Part shown: positions 29,561-45,675 of the stretch, piece by piece
Position numbering within the stretch: the stretch's first letter is position 1
Layout of the letters: each line of letters opens with the position of its first letter
Source: Bradymonadales bacterium
Lineage (GTDB): Bacteria; Myxococcota_A; Bradymonadia; JAFGEP01
Reading direction: 5' to 3'
Assembly (NCBI GenBank): GCA_016931535.1
Contig: JAFGEP010000110.1
Coordinates: 12,459-76,458 of the forward strand
Length of the DNA: 64,000 nt
Translations under genes and position numbers: made by a program
Notes under the pieces: generated by a model
What the model saw: the letters and a program-made list of their open reading frames with translations, nothing else
Told to the model about the DNA's origin: nothing
The model's database searches: none

Positions 29561-30244
29561 TCACAGCCGGGAGGCCACCAGCTCGGCCAGGCGCTCGATG
29601 GCCTGGTCCTGGGTACACAGCGTATCGTCGCACGACAGCGCGATCACGCGATTGTGACGGCGGGACATGAACACCAGCTGCCTGATACCGGCAAAATCGG
29701 CGCGGAAGAAGCGGTCTCCGATGTTGCCGCTTTTTTCTTCGGCCCCCACGTAGGTTTCACGCAGCCGATTGTAATGGCGAGAAGTTTCCGCCGCGCCCCG
29801 CAACTCCCATACCTGCAGGCCGGCGCCAAACTGGTCCGGAGGGCTGATGCGCTGGGCGTTGTACCCTTCGTCGGGTTGTTGACCTTCGAGCGGCTGGACG
29901 TTGAGCACGCCGGTAAAACCGGTGATCTCCCTCAGGTCGCTGCGGTTGAGCAAGTTGTCGATGGCCAGGATCTGGGGTTGTCGGGAGGAGGCGATGGACT
30001 CGGCAAGCAGCGCGGCAACCCGCTGAGCATCCTCGGACAGCTCGGCTTCTGCCGCGCTTGACGGGGTCTCCTGCCGCTCGGTGGTTCCAGGTGGCTGGGC
30101 GAACTCAACGGCGGTCTGGGTGGATCCCGGAGGCTCAATGGCCTGTGGAGGTTGTCGGGGTTCGTCTTGGCAGCCGATCCCGGCCAACGATCCGACCAGG
30201 AGGAGGCCGGTCAGGGTGGTTCGCAGATGGCTTGTGAATCTCAT
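29561..30244 (-). CDS. Hypothetical lipoprotein
   Basis: MRFTSHLRTTLTGLLLVGSLAGIGC lipobox. Confidence 0.7.
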   Translation of the reverse strand: MRFTSHLRTTLTGLLLVGSLAGIGCQDEPRQPPQAIEPPGSTQTAVEFAQPPGTTERQETPSSAAEAELSEDAQRVAALLAESIASSRQPQILAIDNLLNRSDLREITGFTGVLNVQPLEGQQPDEGYNAQRISPPDQFGAGLQVWELRGAAETSRHYNRLRETYVGAEEKSGNIGDRFFRADFAGIRQLVFMSRRHNRVIALSCDDTLCTQDQAIERLAELVASRL

Positions 30245-30364
30245 GGCTTTTTTCCAACGCTGCAACCCATCGATCGGTGCGGTGCCTGGCGCGCAACCCC
30301 TTCTGAAGTCATACCCATCACCCAACCGCAACGAGCAGGTGCACGGAAGATATTCCCCCGAGGA

Positions 30365-30865
30365 TCACTCGGCGGGAGGGGGGGTTGCCATCCAGGGCTC
30401 GGGGTGGGAAGGGATGTCGATTCTCCATCGGCCATCCTCGCGGATGAAGGGGATGGCATGTTCGTTGCGGTCGATCTTGATCCGCACCGTGGCCTGGAGA
30501 TCTTGTCCCTCTTCCGCTTCTTCTTCGGGGAGCTCGACCGCCAGGATCTCGGGGCGGGTGCCGTCGGAGTTCAGCAGCCCCCGGGCGATGTCGAACCAGG
30601 AGCCGCGCGGGGTGCCGTCGATGCGTTGGGCCCGCCATTCGCGTCGCAGGTTTTCCTGGCAGCGGTTGGAGAAGTTCTGCACGAAGCGTGCATTGTTGGC
30701 ATCGGTCAGGTTATTGACGTACAACTGGGCGGCCTCGATGGCGTTGCGCATCACCTTATCGGGGGGTGGGTCGACGGCGTCTTTCAAGACGAACAGGTAC
30801 AGCAGGACGAGACCAGCCACGATAATCAGGATCGGTAGCAAGACAGCCAGTATCTTCTTCTTCAT
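30365..30865 (-). CDS. Hypothetical membrane-anchored protein
   Basis: MKKKILAVLLPILIIVAG anchor; NTF2-like ending IPFIREDGRWRID. Confidence 0.7.
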   Translation of the reverse strand: MKKKILAVLLPILIIVAGLVLLYLFVLKDAVDPPPDKVMRNAIEAAQLYVNNLTDANNARFVQNFSNRCQENLRREWRAQRIDGTPRGSWFDIARGLLNSDGTRPEILAVELPEEEAEEGQDLQATVRIKIDRNEHAIPFIREDGRWRIDIPSHPEPWMATPPPAE

Positions 30866-31071
30866 GGCCTGGATCTCCTGTGGCGCCCCGAGCTCGTCGA
30901 TCGTCTCGTTCCGGTTCCCTTGCAGATATGCCCTCGAAAGGTAGCCGGAGTCAAGATGACCAGCTGGAGATCCCGCAGTGGTCAAGGAGAGGGTTCAGCC
31001 TCGTGGCACACCGGTGCTATGATGTGCGGTCGGGCTGGGTTGGTGAACTGGGTATGCAGGAGTCGAATTCC

Positions 31072-32406
31072 ATGAAGCGAGGGCCGTTGTTCGATCTGGA
31101 GGTCTACGCCCGTCGGCGCGCCCGACTGCTGGAGCAGATGGAAGAGGCGGTGGTCTTGCTGACCGCGGCGCCCCCACGGATCAAGTCGCATGATACCGAG
31201 TATCCCTATCGACCATCGAGCGACATCCTGTACCTGACCGGCTTTACGGAGCCCCACAGTGCGGTGGTGCTCCAGACCGGCGCTGCCGGTTCTGCCTTTG
31301 TCCTGTTCGTCCAGGACAGGGATCCGGAGAAGGAGCGGTGGCAGGGAGATCGGCTCGGTGTGGAGGAGGCGGCCGTGCTCTATGGCGCCGACGAGGTGCA
31401 CCCCATCTCCAGGCTGAAGGAGGAGCTTGGCAGGCTGCTGGCGGGCAAGCGGCACCTGTACTACCAGCTGAACCTGGACCGGGAGATGGATCAGACCCTC
31501 TTTGGCGCGCTGGATCAGCTCCGAGGCACCCGGGTCAAGCCCGACCGGGCGCCCAACGGCATTCTGGACCCGCGGCGTTTGCTGCACGATCTGCGCCGGA
31601 TCAAGGGTCCGGAGGAGATCGAGATCATGAGGCAGGCCGCGGCACTGGGGGCCGAGGCTCATCGGGTGGCCATGAGAAGCAGCCGGCCTGGGCAGATGGA
31701 GTACGAGGTGGCAGCCGGCTTCCAGTACCTTTTTCAGCGCCGGGGCGCGGTAGGCACCTCCTTCGATACCATCGTGGGGGGGGGAGACAACGCCACGGTG
31801 CTGCACTACAGCAGAAACGACTGTCGGTTGGCGGAGGGGGACCTGGTCCTGATCGACGCGGGTGCCGAGCTTCACTACTACGCCTCCGACATCACCCGCA
31901 CCTTTCCGGTGGGTCGGTCCTTCTCTCCCGCCCAACGGGACGTCTATCAGGCGGTCCTGGAGGTGCAAAAAGGGGTCGTCGCACAGGTGAGGCCAGGCGC
32001 GAGCATCCACGAGCTGAACCGATGGGCGCGGCGAGCATTGACCCAGGCCATGGTGGATCTGGGGCTTCTTACAGGCGAGGTCGACAGCCTGGTGGAGCAG
32101 GAGGCGTACAGACCGTACTACATGCACGGTATCGGCCATTACCTGGGATTGGACACCCACGATGTGGGGACCTACCTGATCGAGGAGGAGAAGCCGATGG
32201 CCCTGGAACCGGGTGTGGTCTTCACCGTGGAACCCGGTCTGTACATCCCGAAAGAGAGCGAGCAGCCGCCCCCCCATCTGCGTGGCATCGGGGTGCGGAT
32301 CGAGGACGATCTGCTGGTCACCCCCTCGGGAGGGGAGGTGCTCACCGGGCAGGTGCCCAAGGAGATCGACGAGATCGAGGCGCTGCGGCGAGAGGCGCTT
32401 GCATGA
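31072..32406 (+). CDS. pepP: Xaa-Pro aminopeptidase (M24B)
   Basis: LIDAGAE..YASDITRTFP, HGIGHYLGLDTHD, TVEPGLY, GVRIEDD. Confidence 0.95.
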   Translation: MKRGPLFDLEVYARRRARLLEQMEEAVVLLTAAPPRIKSHDTEYPYRPSSDILYLTGFTEPHSAVVLQTGAAGSAFVLFVQDRDPEKERWQGDRLGVEEAAVLYGADEVHPISRLKEELGRLLAGKRHLYYQLNLDREMDQTLFGALDQLRGTRVKPDRAPNGILDPRRLLHDLRRIKGPEEIEIMRQAAALGAEAHRVAMRSSRPGQMEYEVAAGFQYLFQRRGAVGTSFDTIVGGGDNATVLHYSRNDCRLAEGDLVLIDAGAELHYYASDITRTFPVGRSFSPAQRDVYQAVLEVQKGVVAQVRPGASIHELNRWARRALTQAMVDLGLLTGEVDSLVEQEAYRPYYMHGIGHYLGLDTHDVGTYLIEEEKPMALEPGVVFTVEPGLYIPKESEQPPPHLRGIGVRIEDDLLVTPSGGEVLTGQVPKEIDEIEALRREALA

Positions 32407-33830
32407 AGGGGACCTGGTTTTGGCACCGTGGGGCGGTCCTGTTGCTGGCGTTGGTGGGGTCGTCCTGGTTCTGTTGTGCGGGCCCGGCGCAGCAGCGTTC
32501 CGGCGAACAGGACACAGCCCAGCAGGCGCTGCTGTACGAGGCATATACCCTGGCCCAGCTGGCGCGGAGCCGGGACGACATGGAGACGGCGCTGGCTGCC
32601 GCCCGGCAGGCGGTGGGGCTCCGGCCGATCGACGCCCACTTGCAGTTGATGCTGGGCGAGTACCTCCGCTGGGCGGGTCGCTCGGAGGAGGCGGTTGCGG
32701 CGCTGAGCCGCGCGGTGCGTCAGTGTGCAGAGTCCATGGATCTGTACCTGGAGCTGGCGGTCAACCAGGAGCTGCTGGGTCTCAATGACGACGCCGAACG
32801 ATCCTACCGGCTGGCCGTTCAGGAGAACCCCGACCTGCTCCTCCCCCATGCCGCCTACGCCCAGTTCAGTGCGCGCCACGTGGGGCTGGAGCGGGCGGTG
32901 GAGATCCTCTTGGCGTACCTGGGGCAGCATCCGGAGGATGCCGATGGTTGGCGCATGATGGGGGATCTGTACCGGGCACTTGCCGACTGGGAGAGGGCGT
33001 TGTCCGCACTGCAGACCGCCAGCCGTCTGGAGCCGGAGAACGAGGGCATCTACGTGGTGCTGATCGCCACGGCCCGGGAGCTGGGGCGGGCGGATCTGGC
33101 CGAGCAATACGCCCAGGAGTGCTTCCTCCGCCACCGGCAGGGGGTCGACTGCCGAATCGAGCTCATCCGGACCCTGGACAGCGGGAACCTCGATCCCCTG
33201 GTCCGCCACAATCGGACCTTTGCGATCCTGCAGGTGTTGAGCCGAGCCATCGGGGCCAACCTGGTCCGCCTGCGCCAGGTGGAGCTGCAGCTCACCCGGG
33301 AGCTCGACGCGACTCGGGCCTATCTCTTTCTGGCCAGCATCGCCGTGGATCGGCGGCGCAACTCCCGCATTCAGAGCATGACCGCCTGGTCCGCCTATCG
33401 CCTCGGTGAGGCCTATCTGGCCATCAAGTACATGCGCCGGGTGATCGACATCCGGCCGCGCAGCGCGGAGGCTCTGAACTTCATCGGTTACAGCTACGCC
33501 GAACGGGGCGAACGGCTGGACGAGGCGGAGGAGTTGATCCGGGCGGCCCTGGAGATCTGGCCCATGGACGGCAACATCCAGGATTCGCTGGGTTGGGTGT
33601 TCTACCAGCGGGGGAGATATGTCGAGGCGGTCAAATGGCTATACGCCGCCTACCTGCGGGTGCCCGACGTGGCCGAGATCGCCGAGCACCTGGGGGATGC
33701 CTGGGCGGCCCTGGGGGAGGTCGAACGGGCGCTGGAGATGTACACGAGAGCTCTGGAGACCGCGACCGATGACCGAGCTGCCGATATCCAGAAGAAGATC
33801 GATGCGCTGCCGATCGAACCCACCTTGTGA
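32403..33830 (+). CDS. TPR-repeat (lipo)protein
   Basis: ATGA overlap with pepP; TPR units including AEALNFIGYSYAE and IQDSLGWVFYQRG. Confidence 0.88.
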   Translation: MKGTWFWHRGAVLLLALVGSSWFCCAGPAQQRSGEQDTAQQALLYEAYTLAQLARSRDDMETALAAARQAVGLRPIDAHLQLMLGEYLRWAGRSEEAVAALSRAVRQCAESMDLYLELAVNQELLGLNDDAERSYRLAVQENPDLLLPHAAYAQFSARHVGLERAVEILLAYLGQHPEDADGWRMMGDLYRALADWERALSALQTASRLEPENEGIYVVLIATARELGRADLAEQYAQECFLRHRQGVDCRIELIRTLDSGNLDPLVRHNRTFAILQVLSRAIGANLVRLRQVELQLTRELDATRAYLFLASIAVDRRRNSRIQSMTAWSAYRLGEAYLAIKYMRRVIDIRPRSAEALNFIGYSYAERGERLDEAEELIRAALEIWPMDGNIQDSLGWVFYQRGRYVEAVKWLYAAYLRVPDVAEIAEHLGDAWAALGEVERALEMYTRALETATDDRAADIQKKIDALPIEPTL

Positions 33831-33834
33831 GCCG

Positions 33835-34659
33835 ATGGCAACGGCCTCTGTCTGTTTTTCCGCTGCGCTGCTGCTGGTTTCGTTCTTGAGCGGCTGCGGC
33901 TGTCATGGCCCGATCCCCCCACCGGATGACCAGCTGACCGAGCCCCGCCAGCTGATCGATCTCATGAGGGCCCGCCTGGAAGGGTTGCAGTCGGCCCGGT
34001 TCCGGGTGGTGAGCGAGGTCTACGGAGACGATCTGCGGGGAGCCAACTTCCGGCAGGTGGTGCTGGTCCGCCAGCCGGACGACCTGCACATCCAGGTGTT
34101 GAGCCCGTTCGACCAGACGCTCAGCGTCCTGGTGTGCGATGGCGAGCAGCTTGCGCTGTATGACCTGGAGGCGCAGGTCTACTATCACGGCAGCCCGACC
34201 CCCCGGAACATTGCCCGGCTACTGCCCTTTTACCTGAGCGCACCCGATATCGTGCGGGTGCTTCTGGGGGGACCGCCGCTGGATCTGTTTCATCCCGACG
34301 AGAGTCGGTATGCGTTGAGCTGGGACGGCCGGAAAGGCAGCTACCTCTTGCGGGTGCCCCTTTGGCAGGAGGAAGGAACGGTGGACCTGTGGGTTCACCA
34401 TGGTGACTGGTTGATGGAGGGGGCGATCCGCCGCGATGCGGATGGCCAGCAGACCTTCGAACTGCGGACCGGCCATTTCGAGCGGTCGGGCGATGTGCTG
34501 TTGCCTACCCGCCTGCGGGCGCTTCTGCACGGCGAGAGCGAGGTGGACCTGTCGTTGACGGTGGAGTCGGCCGATGTGAACGTCGCCCTGCGGGATGAGC
34601 TGTTTACGCTGGCTCCTCCCGCCGGAGTTCGCCAGGTGGACCTGGATCAGGAGCCGTAG
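33835..34659 (+). CDS. Lipoprotein with a predicted LolA/LolB-like fold (DUF4292-like)
   Basis: LSGC lipobox; beta-rich sequence; lies directly after the TPR gene. Confidence 0.65.
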   Translation: MATASVCFSAALLLVSFLSGCGCHGPIPPPDDQLTEPRQLIDLMRARLEGLQSARFRVVSEVYGDDLRGANFRQVVLVRQPDDLHIQVLSPFDQTLSVLVCDGEQLALYDLEAQVYYHGSPTPRNIARLLPFYLSAPDIVRVLLGGPPLDLFHPDESRYALSWDGRKGSYLLRVPLWQEEGTVDLWVHHGDWLMEGAIRRDADGQQTFELRTGHFERSGDVLLPTRLRALLHGESEVDLSLTVESADVNVALRDELFTLAPPAGVRQVDLDQEP

Positions 34660-34690
34660 GAGGGGTAGGAGTACACCAGCGTCCACCGGC

Positions 34691-34719
34691 TTGAGAATCT
34701 TGGAGACGGACACTAGACT
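34691..34719 (+). promoter_or_regulatory. Possible sigma70 promoter
   Basis: TTGAGA-N17-TAGACT, about 60 bp upstream of the VKOR-DsbA start. Confidence 0.45.
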
Positions 34720-34778
34720 GCGGTGGCCTGTGCAGGGTTTCGCTCTCTGCAATCTCTCCGGATGGTAGGGGTGCACGC

Positions 34779-36209
34779 ATGACGACCACAATACCACGCG
34801 CCAGGTGGGGTCAGACGGCGGCCTGGGCCGTCGTCGTTCTTCTTGTCCTGGTGGGTCTGGCCAACTCCGTCTACCTGCTGGATGTCCATGTCACTCACAA
34901 GCTGGGGAAGGAGGTAGAGGGCTACTGCGACATCAGCGAAGGGATCAACTGCCTGTCGGCGGTGGACAGCCCCCAGTCCACGGTGCTGGGGGTACCGGTG
35001 CCGGTGTTCGCGCTGGCGTTCTATGGGGGTCTTTTCGCCTTGCTGGTTTGGGTCGGCGTGCGGCGACGGCGCCAGGACGCGATCTGGCAGCCGATCATCC
35101 TCCTGTTTGCGGGATCGGTGGTCTACTCTCTCTACTTGCTCTATGTGCTGATCTTCGAGCTGGATGCGGTCTGTCCCGGTTGTCTGGTGCTGGACGTGGT
35201 CAACATCGCGGGGCTTGTGCTCAGCTGTGCGGCAGGAGCCATCGGTCCGGTGCGGCTGGTGAAAAGCCTGCCGGCGACGGTGTTCTCCTCCTCCGGCCTG
35301 CGCATGGCGCTGGTTTTTGCTTTCTCCTTCGCCCTGGTGTTTGTGGCGGGAACGCAGACCTCCCGTGCGCTCTACCACAGCCGGCTGGGGGAGGCGGACC
35401 GGCAACTGGCGGACAGCCAGGAGCGCTTCGGTGCCGTGACGTGCGGGACCGAGCTTTGGGCCGAGTCCGGGCCCGCCGCAGCGGCACCGGTGGCTGGAAA
35501 CCCCTCGGCATCGGTGGTCATCCTCGATTTCTCCGATTTCGAGTGCCCCTACTGCACCCGACTGGAGCAGACCTTTGCCGATATCCTGGCGGAGCGCGGT
35601 CACGAGGTCCAGATCCGGTTTCTCCACTATCCGTTGAACGTGGACTGCAACCCGCACGTGTCGATCCGTTTCCACGAACAGGCCTGTGTCTCTGCCCAGG
35701 CATCGGTGTGCGCCCAGGAGCAGGACCGGTTCTGGGAGATGCACGACCTGCTCTATGCCAACGCCCGCCGGCTGACCCGACCCAACATCGATCGGATGGC
35801 CATAAGCCTCGGTCTGGACATGGCCCGCTTCGAGGCCTGCATGGATTCGGACCACAGCCTGGAGTTCGTGCGCAACAATGCCGTGGCGGGTCATCAGGCC
35901 ATGCTGGATGCCGGCATACAGGAGTTCGGTACCCCCTTCTTCTTCGTCAACGGCTTGCCCGTCCGCGGTGCACGGCCCAGGCGTTTTGTCGAGGCCATCA
36001 TCAACGCTGCACTGGAAGCCAGCGCGGGACATCACACCGAGGAGCACGCCGTTGACGATGACACACCCTCGATCGGCAGCGGGGAGGGAACGGAGCTTCC
36101 GACGACGCCAGGGGATCGGACGACCGAGGTCGAGAGCGACCGGGCGCCAACCGTCCCCTCTTCGGCGCCTGCCCCCAGGGATCTGCCCGGATACCCCAGC
36201 CGGGAGTAG
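34779..36209 (+). CDS. VKOR-DsbA (thioredoxin-fold) fusion
   Basis: VKOR loop cysteines (YCDISEGINC) and CPGC; DsbA-like FSDFECPYC and GTPFFFVNG. Confidence 0.92.
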   Translation: MTTTIPRARWGQTAAWAVVVLLVLVGLANSVYLLDVHVTHKLGKEVEGYCDISEGINCLSAVDSPQSTVLGVPVPVFALAFYGGLFALLVWVGVRRRRQDAIWQPIILLFAGSVVYSLYLLYVLIFELDAVCPGCLVLDVVNIAGLVLSCAAGAIGPVRLVKSLPATVFSSSGLRMALVFAFSFALVFVAGTQTSRALYHSRLGEADRQLADSQERFGAVTCGTELWAESGPAAAAPVAGNPSASVVILDFSDFECPYCTRLEQTFADILAERGHEVQIRFLHYPLNVDCNPHVSIRFHEQACVSAQASVCAQEQDRFWEMHDLLYANARRLTRPNIDRMAISLGLDMARFEACMDSDHSLEFVRNNAVAGHQAMLDAGIQEFGTPFFFVNGLPVRGARPRRFVEAIINAALEASAGHHTEEHAVDDDTPSIGSGEGTELPTTPGDRTTEVESDRAPTVPSSAPAPRDLPGYPSRE

Positions 36210-36224
36210 AATTTTGGGGGCTGG

Positions 36225-36563
36225 CTAGGCAAGCTCCACCCGGAGGCGGTTCTTCCGCTGCTGCCTGGCGGTCCGGGAGAGCTGTCTTCGACTGGATCGC
36301 GGAAGCTCACTCACTCCCGACAGGATGACCCTGCCAACGGTGCCCAGGCTTGCCAGGTGATCCAGCAGGGGCTTCACCTGGTTCTCGTCTTCGGCGGTCA
36401 GGACCAGGTCAACCTGGTGGGACAACGGGATTGGGGGGTCTGGACCCACGAGCACGCGCGCGGTCAGAACCCCATCCGGCATGTCGGTGGTCAGCGCTTT
36501 GCTTTCCCACATCAGCTCACCCAACCAGGACCAGATGGACGCCATGTCTTGCACCTCCGGCAT
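36225..36563 (-). CDS. Small hypothetical protein
   Basis: 112-aa ORF filling the gap between flanking genes. Confidence 0.5.
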   Translation of the reverse strand: MPEVQDMASIWSWLGELMWESKALTTDMPDGVLTARVLVGPDPPIPLSHQVDLVLTAEDENQVKPLLDHLASLGTVGRVILSGVSELPRSSRRQLSRTARQQRKNRLRVELA

Positions 36564-36681
36564 GCCCTGTTTTCGGCTGGATCATCCCCTTGTTGCCAGC
36601 GGCCTTGGGGGCAGGGGATCACTTTGACGTCGGGGCGCTCCGCCGGGTTGGCGTGACCGGCCCGTGATGGGGGGGCGGTTC

Positions 36682-38766
36682 TCAGGGCGGTTCCCAGGGG
36701 ATGGGGAACGGGGGTCGGTAGCTCACCTGCAGGCGGTAGTGGCTGGTGGTCGAGAAGGCCTCCGGATCCGCCGCCGCCACGCCGATGTAGAGCGCTTGGG
36801 GGCTGGAGATCTCGGCGAAGAGCGAGAGCTGCTCTCCCCGCGACGGCCCCTGGCGGTTCCAGCGCAGCCTTTGTTGCAGCGCGCTGTCGTACAGGCGGAT
36901 CTCCAGGTCGAGATCACCACCCTCCTGGAGGTCGATCTCGATCAGGGCGCCTCCCTCCCGGGTGCCGGGGGCGTGATAGAGATCGACGTCACCAGCCCAT
37001 CCGATCATCCCCACGTGCTCTTCTCCGGCTCGAATTCTGCCGGCATCGAGCAGGGTCTCGTTGGGTTCCCTCTCCTCGTTGCTCAGCGGATTGCGGGCCT
37101 GGACTGTCAGCCGGTAGGGCGATTCCAGGTTGTAGCGGGCGGGTGCCCCCTCGATCCAGTACTCGCGGATCTGGAGGTACAGGTGGCGCCCAGGGATAGG
37201 GTGGTTGGGGATCGACTCCGGCTGCCCCTCGCCCCCCGAGTTGACGATGACGAGGGGTTGTGGGGAATCGCCGTCATAGGTCTTGAGGATCAAGTCGAGC
37301 CCGGGGACCGCCGAGACCTCGATCTGCCCGATCACCTCCTGGCCGGTCTGGTTCTCGATGAGGAAGAAATCGACATCCCCCCGTTGTCCCACTGCCGGCA
37401 TGGAGATGGTACCGGAGATGGTCTGGCCCAGGCGAACCGTGGTGGCCTGAGCCAAAGAGTCGTTGGGTTCGCGTTCCCAGCCGAGTCTGGCCAGGTTGGG
37501 GCGGAACAGGAAATACCAGAGGGCCAGCGCACCTCCGGCCAGGATCGCGATCAGCAGGAGGTTGGAAAGGAGACGTCGACGCTTGAGCCGAGTCTCGAAC
37601 TGGAGGAAGTCCTTCCGGGTGGAGAGCTCCGCCTGGTCGAGGAGCTGGGCATCGAGCCTGGGCAAGGACTGGATGGGCAGCACCCGCTCCGGTTGCTGGA
37701 TGGCCTGGATGAACTCCTGAGCGAAGTGGGTCACGGTCGAGTGGCGATGGTCCGGTTGTTTGCTCAGGGCCTGGGCGAGCACCAGGTCCACCGGCTCCAG
37801 GGCGGGATCGAAGCTGCTGGCGCGGGGGATGGGTGCGCTCAGGTGCATGCCCAGGACCGCTGCCGGATTCTCGTGGTGGAAGGGGGGGTGGTCGGTGACG
37901 ACCTTGAAGACCAGGGCGCCCAGGCTGTAGACGTCGCTGCGGAGATCGGCATCGCCGCCCGAGATCTGTTCCGGGCTCATGTAATAGGGGGTGCCGATGA
38001 GGGTTCCCCTGGCGGTGTGGAGCAGGGACTCCTCGGGGGGAACTCTCAGCTTGGCCAGACCGAAGTCGAGCACCTTGACGCAGGGGGGTTCGCTGGGGGC
38101 GGGGGCGGTGCAGATGAAGATGTTCTCCGGCTTCAGATCCCGGTGGATGATGCCGTGCTGGTGGGCCTCGTTGAGGCTGGTTGCGATCTGGCGGAGGACA
38201 AAGGCGGTCCGGGGCAGGCTCAAGGGGCCGTGGTTGCGGAGGATCTGGCCCAGATCCTGGCCCTGGAGGTACTCCATCACCAGGTAGATGAAGCCGTCGC
38301 TTTCGCCGTAGTCGAAGACACTGACGGTATGCCGGCTGGTGAGCTTGCTGACCGCTCTGGCCTCGCGGGTGAAACGGCGGACGATGGATTCGTCGCGACT
38401 GAGATCACCGTGGAGCAGCTTGAGGGCCACGATCTTCCCCATGCGGATGTGCTCCGCCTTGTACACCGAGCCCATGCCCCCGATGCCGATCCGGCTGACG
38501 AGGCGGTAGCGGTCTCCCACGACCACGCCGATGAGGGGATCGCGGAAGGCCAGCTCGCTGCCGGCCCCATTGGCCAGATGGTAGCCGCAAGTTCCACAGA
38601 ACTGGTAGTAGGAGGGGACCAACTCGCGGCATCGGCTGCAGCGTCTTGAGGACTCCGGTCGCGGTTCGGTCCGGGCATCGGCCGACACCAGTCTTCCCAG
38701 GTCGTCTGTCACCAGTCCGGCCGGCACCGTCTGGGCGGCTTTCCGTTTGCTGTCGGGTTCGTCCAA
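36682..38766 (-). CDS. Membrane Hanks-type Ser/Thr protein kinase with N-terminal Zn ribbon and extracytoplasmic PPC-like repeats
   Basis: CSRC..CGTC; IGIGGMGSVY, VALK, HRDLKPEN, DFGLAK, GTPYYMSPE; one TM; two EREPN(D/E) repeats. Confidence 0.93.
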   Translation of the reverse strand: MDEPDSKRKAAQTVPAGLVTDDLGRLVSADARTEPRPESSRRCSRCRELVPSYYQFCGTCGYHLANGAGSELAFRDPLIGVVVGDRYRLVSRIGIGGMGSVYKAEHIRMGKIVALKLLHGDLSRDESIVRRFTREARAVSKLTSRHTVSVFDYGESDGFIYLVMEYLQGQDLGQILRNHGPLSLPRTAFVLRQIATSLNEAHQHGIIHRDLKPENIFICTAPAPSEPPCVKVLDFGLAKLRVPPEESLLHTARGTLIGTPYYMSPEQISGGDADLRSDVYSLGALVFKVVTDHPPFHHENPAAVLGMHLSAPIPRASSFDPALEPVDLVLAQALSKQPDHRHSTVTHFAQEFIQAIQQPERVLPIQSLPRLDAQLLDQAELSTRKDFLQFETRLKRRRLLSNLLLIAILAGGALALWYFLFRPNLARLGWEREPNDSLAQATTVRLGQTISGTISMPAVGQRGDVDFFLIENQTGQEVIGQIEVSAVPGLDLILKTYDGDSPQPLVIVNSGGEGQPESIPNHPIPGRHLYLQIREYWIEGAPARYNLESPYRLTVQARNPLSNEEREPNETLLDAGRIRAGEEHVGMIGWAGDVDLYHAPGTREGGALIEIDLQEGGDLDLEIRLYDSALQQRLRWNRQGPSRGEQLSLFAEISSPQALYIGVAAADPEAFSTTSHYRLQVSYRPPFPIPWEPP

Positions 38767-38835
38767 GGGGATCGAGGCCTCCCTTTAACCAAGAGGACCA
38801 GAAATCCCCAAGTTACACCAAGGAGAAAACAGCGG

Positions 38836-38851
38836 CCAGCCCGACCAGGAC
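38836..38851 (+). repeat. Left 16-bp direct repeat CCAGCCCGACCAGGAC
   Basis: Identical copy at 57263-57278. Confidence 0.85.
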
Positions 38852-39283
38852 GTGATCGTCGAGCATTGGTGGAAGCAACAGGATTTTACCAAACTGTCCG
38901 ATCGACCGCGGCCTTGACGACCTGCGCGGTTGCTTCACCAGACTGTACCGTGACTTACAGGGGGGTAACCGCGGCATTCCCCTTCTTTAGGGGGAGGAGT
39001 TGACGGCGGTTGCCAATCCGTCAGCCAGCAGATGCACCGAAAGAACAGCGGCGCGCGATCCGAGTCAAACCCAACCAACCGGCTCAACCGACGGCGCGCG
39101 GTCGCCGTGCCGGTGTGGTTGCCCTGCCCAGGGTTCGCCGAGCGTCCCTTCGACCGAATACCATCTGGTTGGCATACGGGTCTTTATACCGTATCTTGGC
39201 TGGCAAGAAAATAGATGATTGTACAAGCCGAATTCCGACACTCAATCGACACTCGATCTGCGTCGGCCCTTCTTCGTCTCTAG

Positions 39284-45652
<6,369 letters not shown>

Positions 45653-45675
45653 CCGGGTTGCCCAGCTACGAAGCG

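Noticed and set aside
39200-39216. TGGCAAGAAAATAGAT as a sigma54 promoter
   Set aside because: The conserved GC at -12 is missing.
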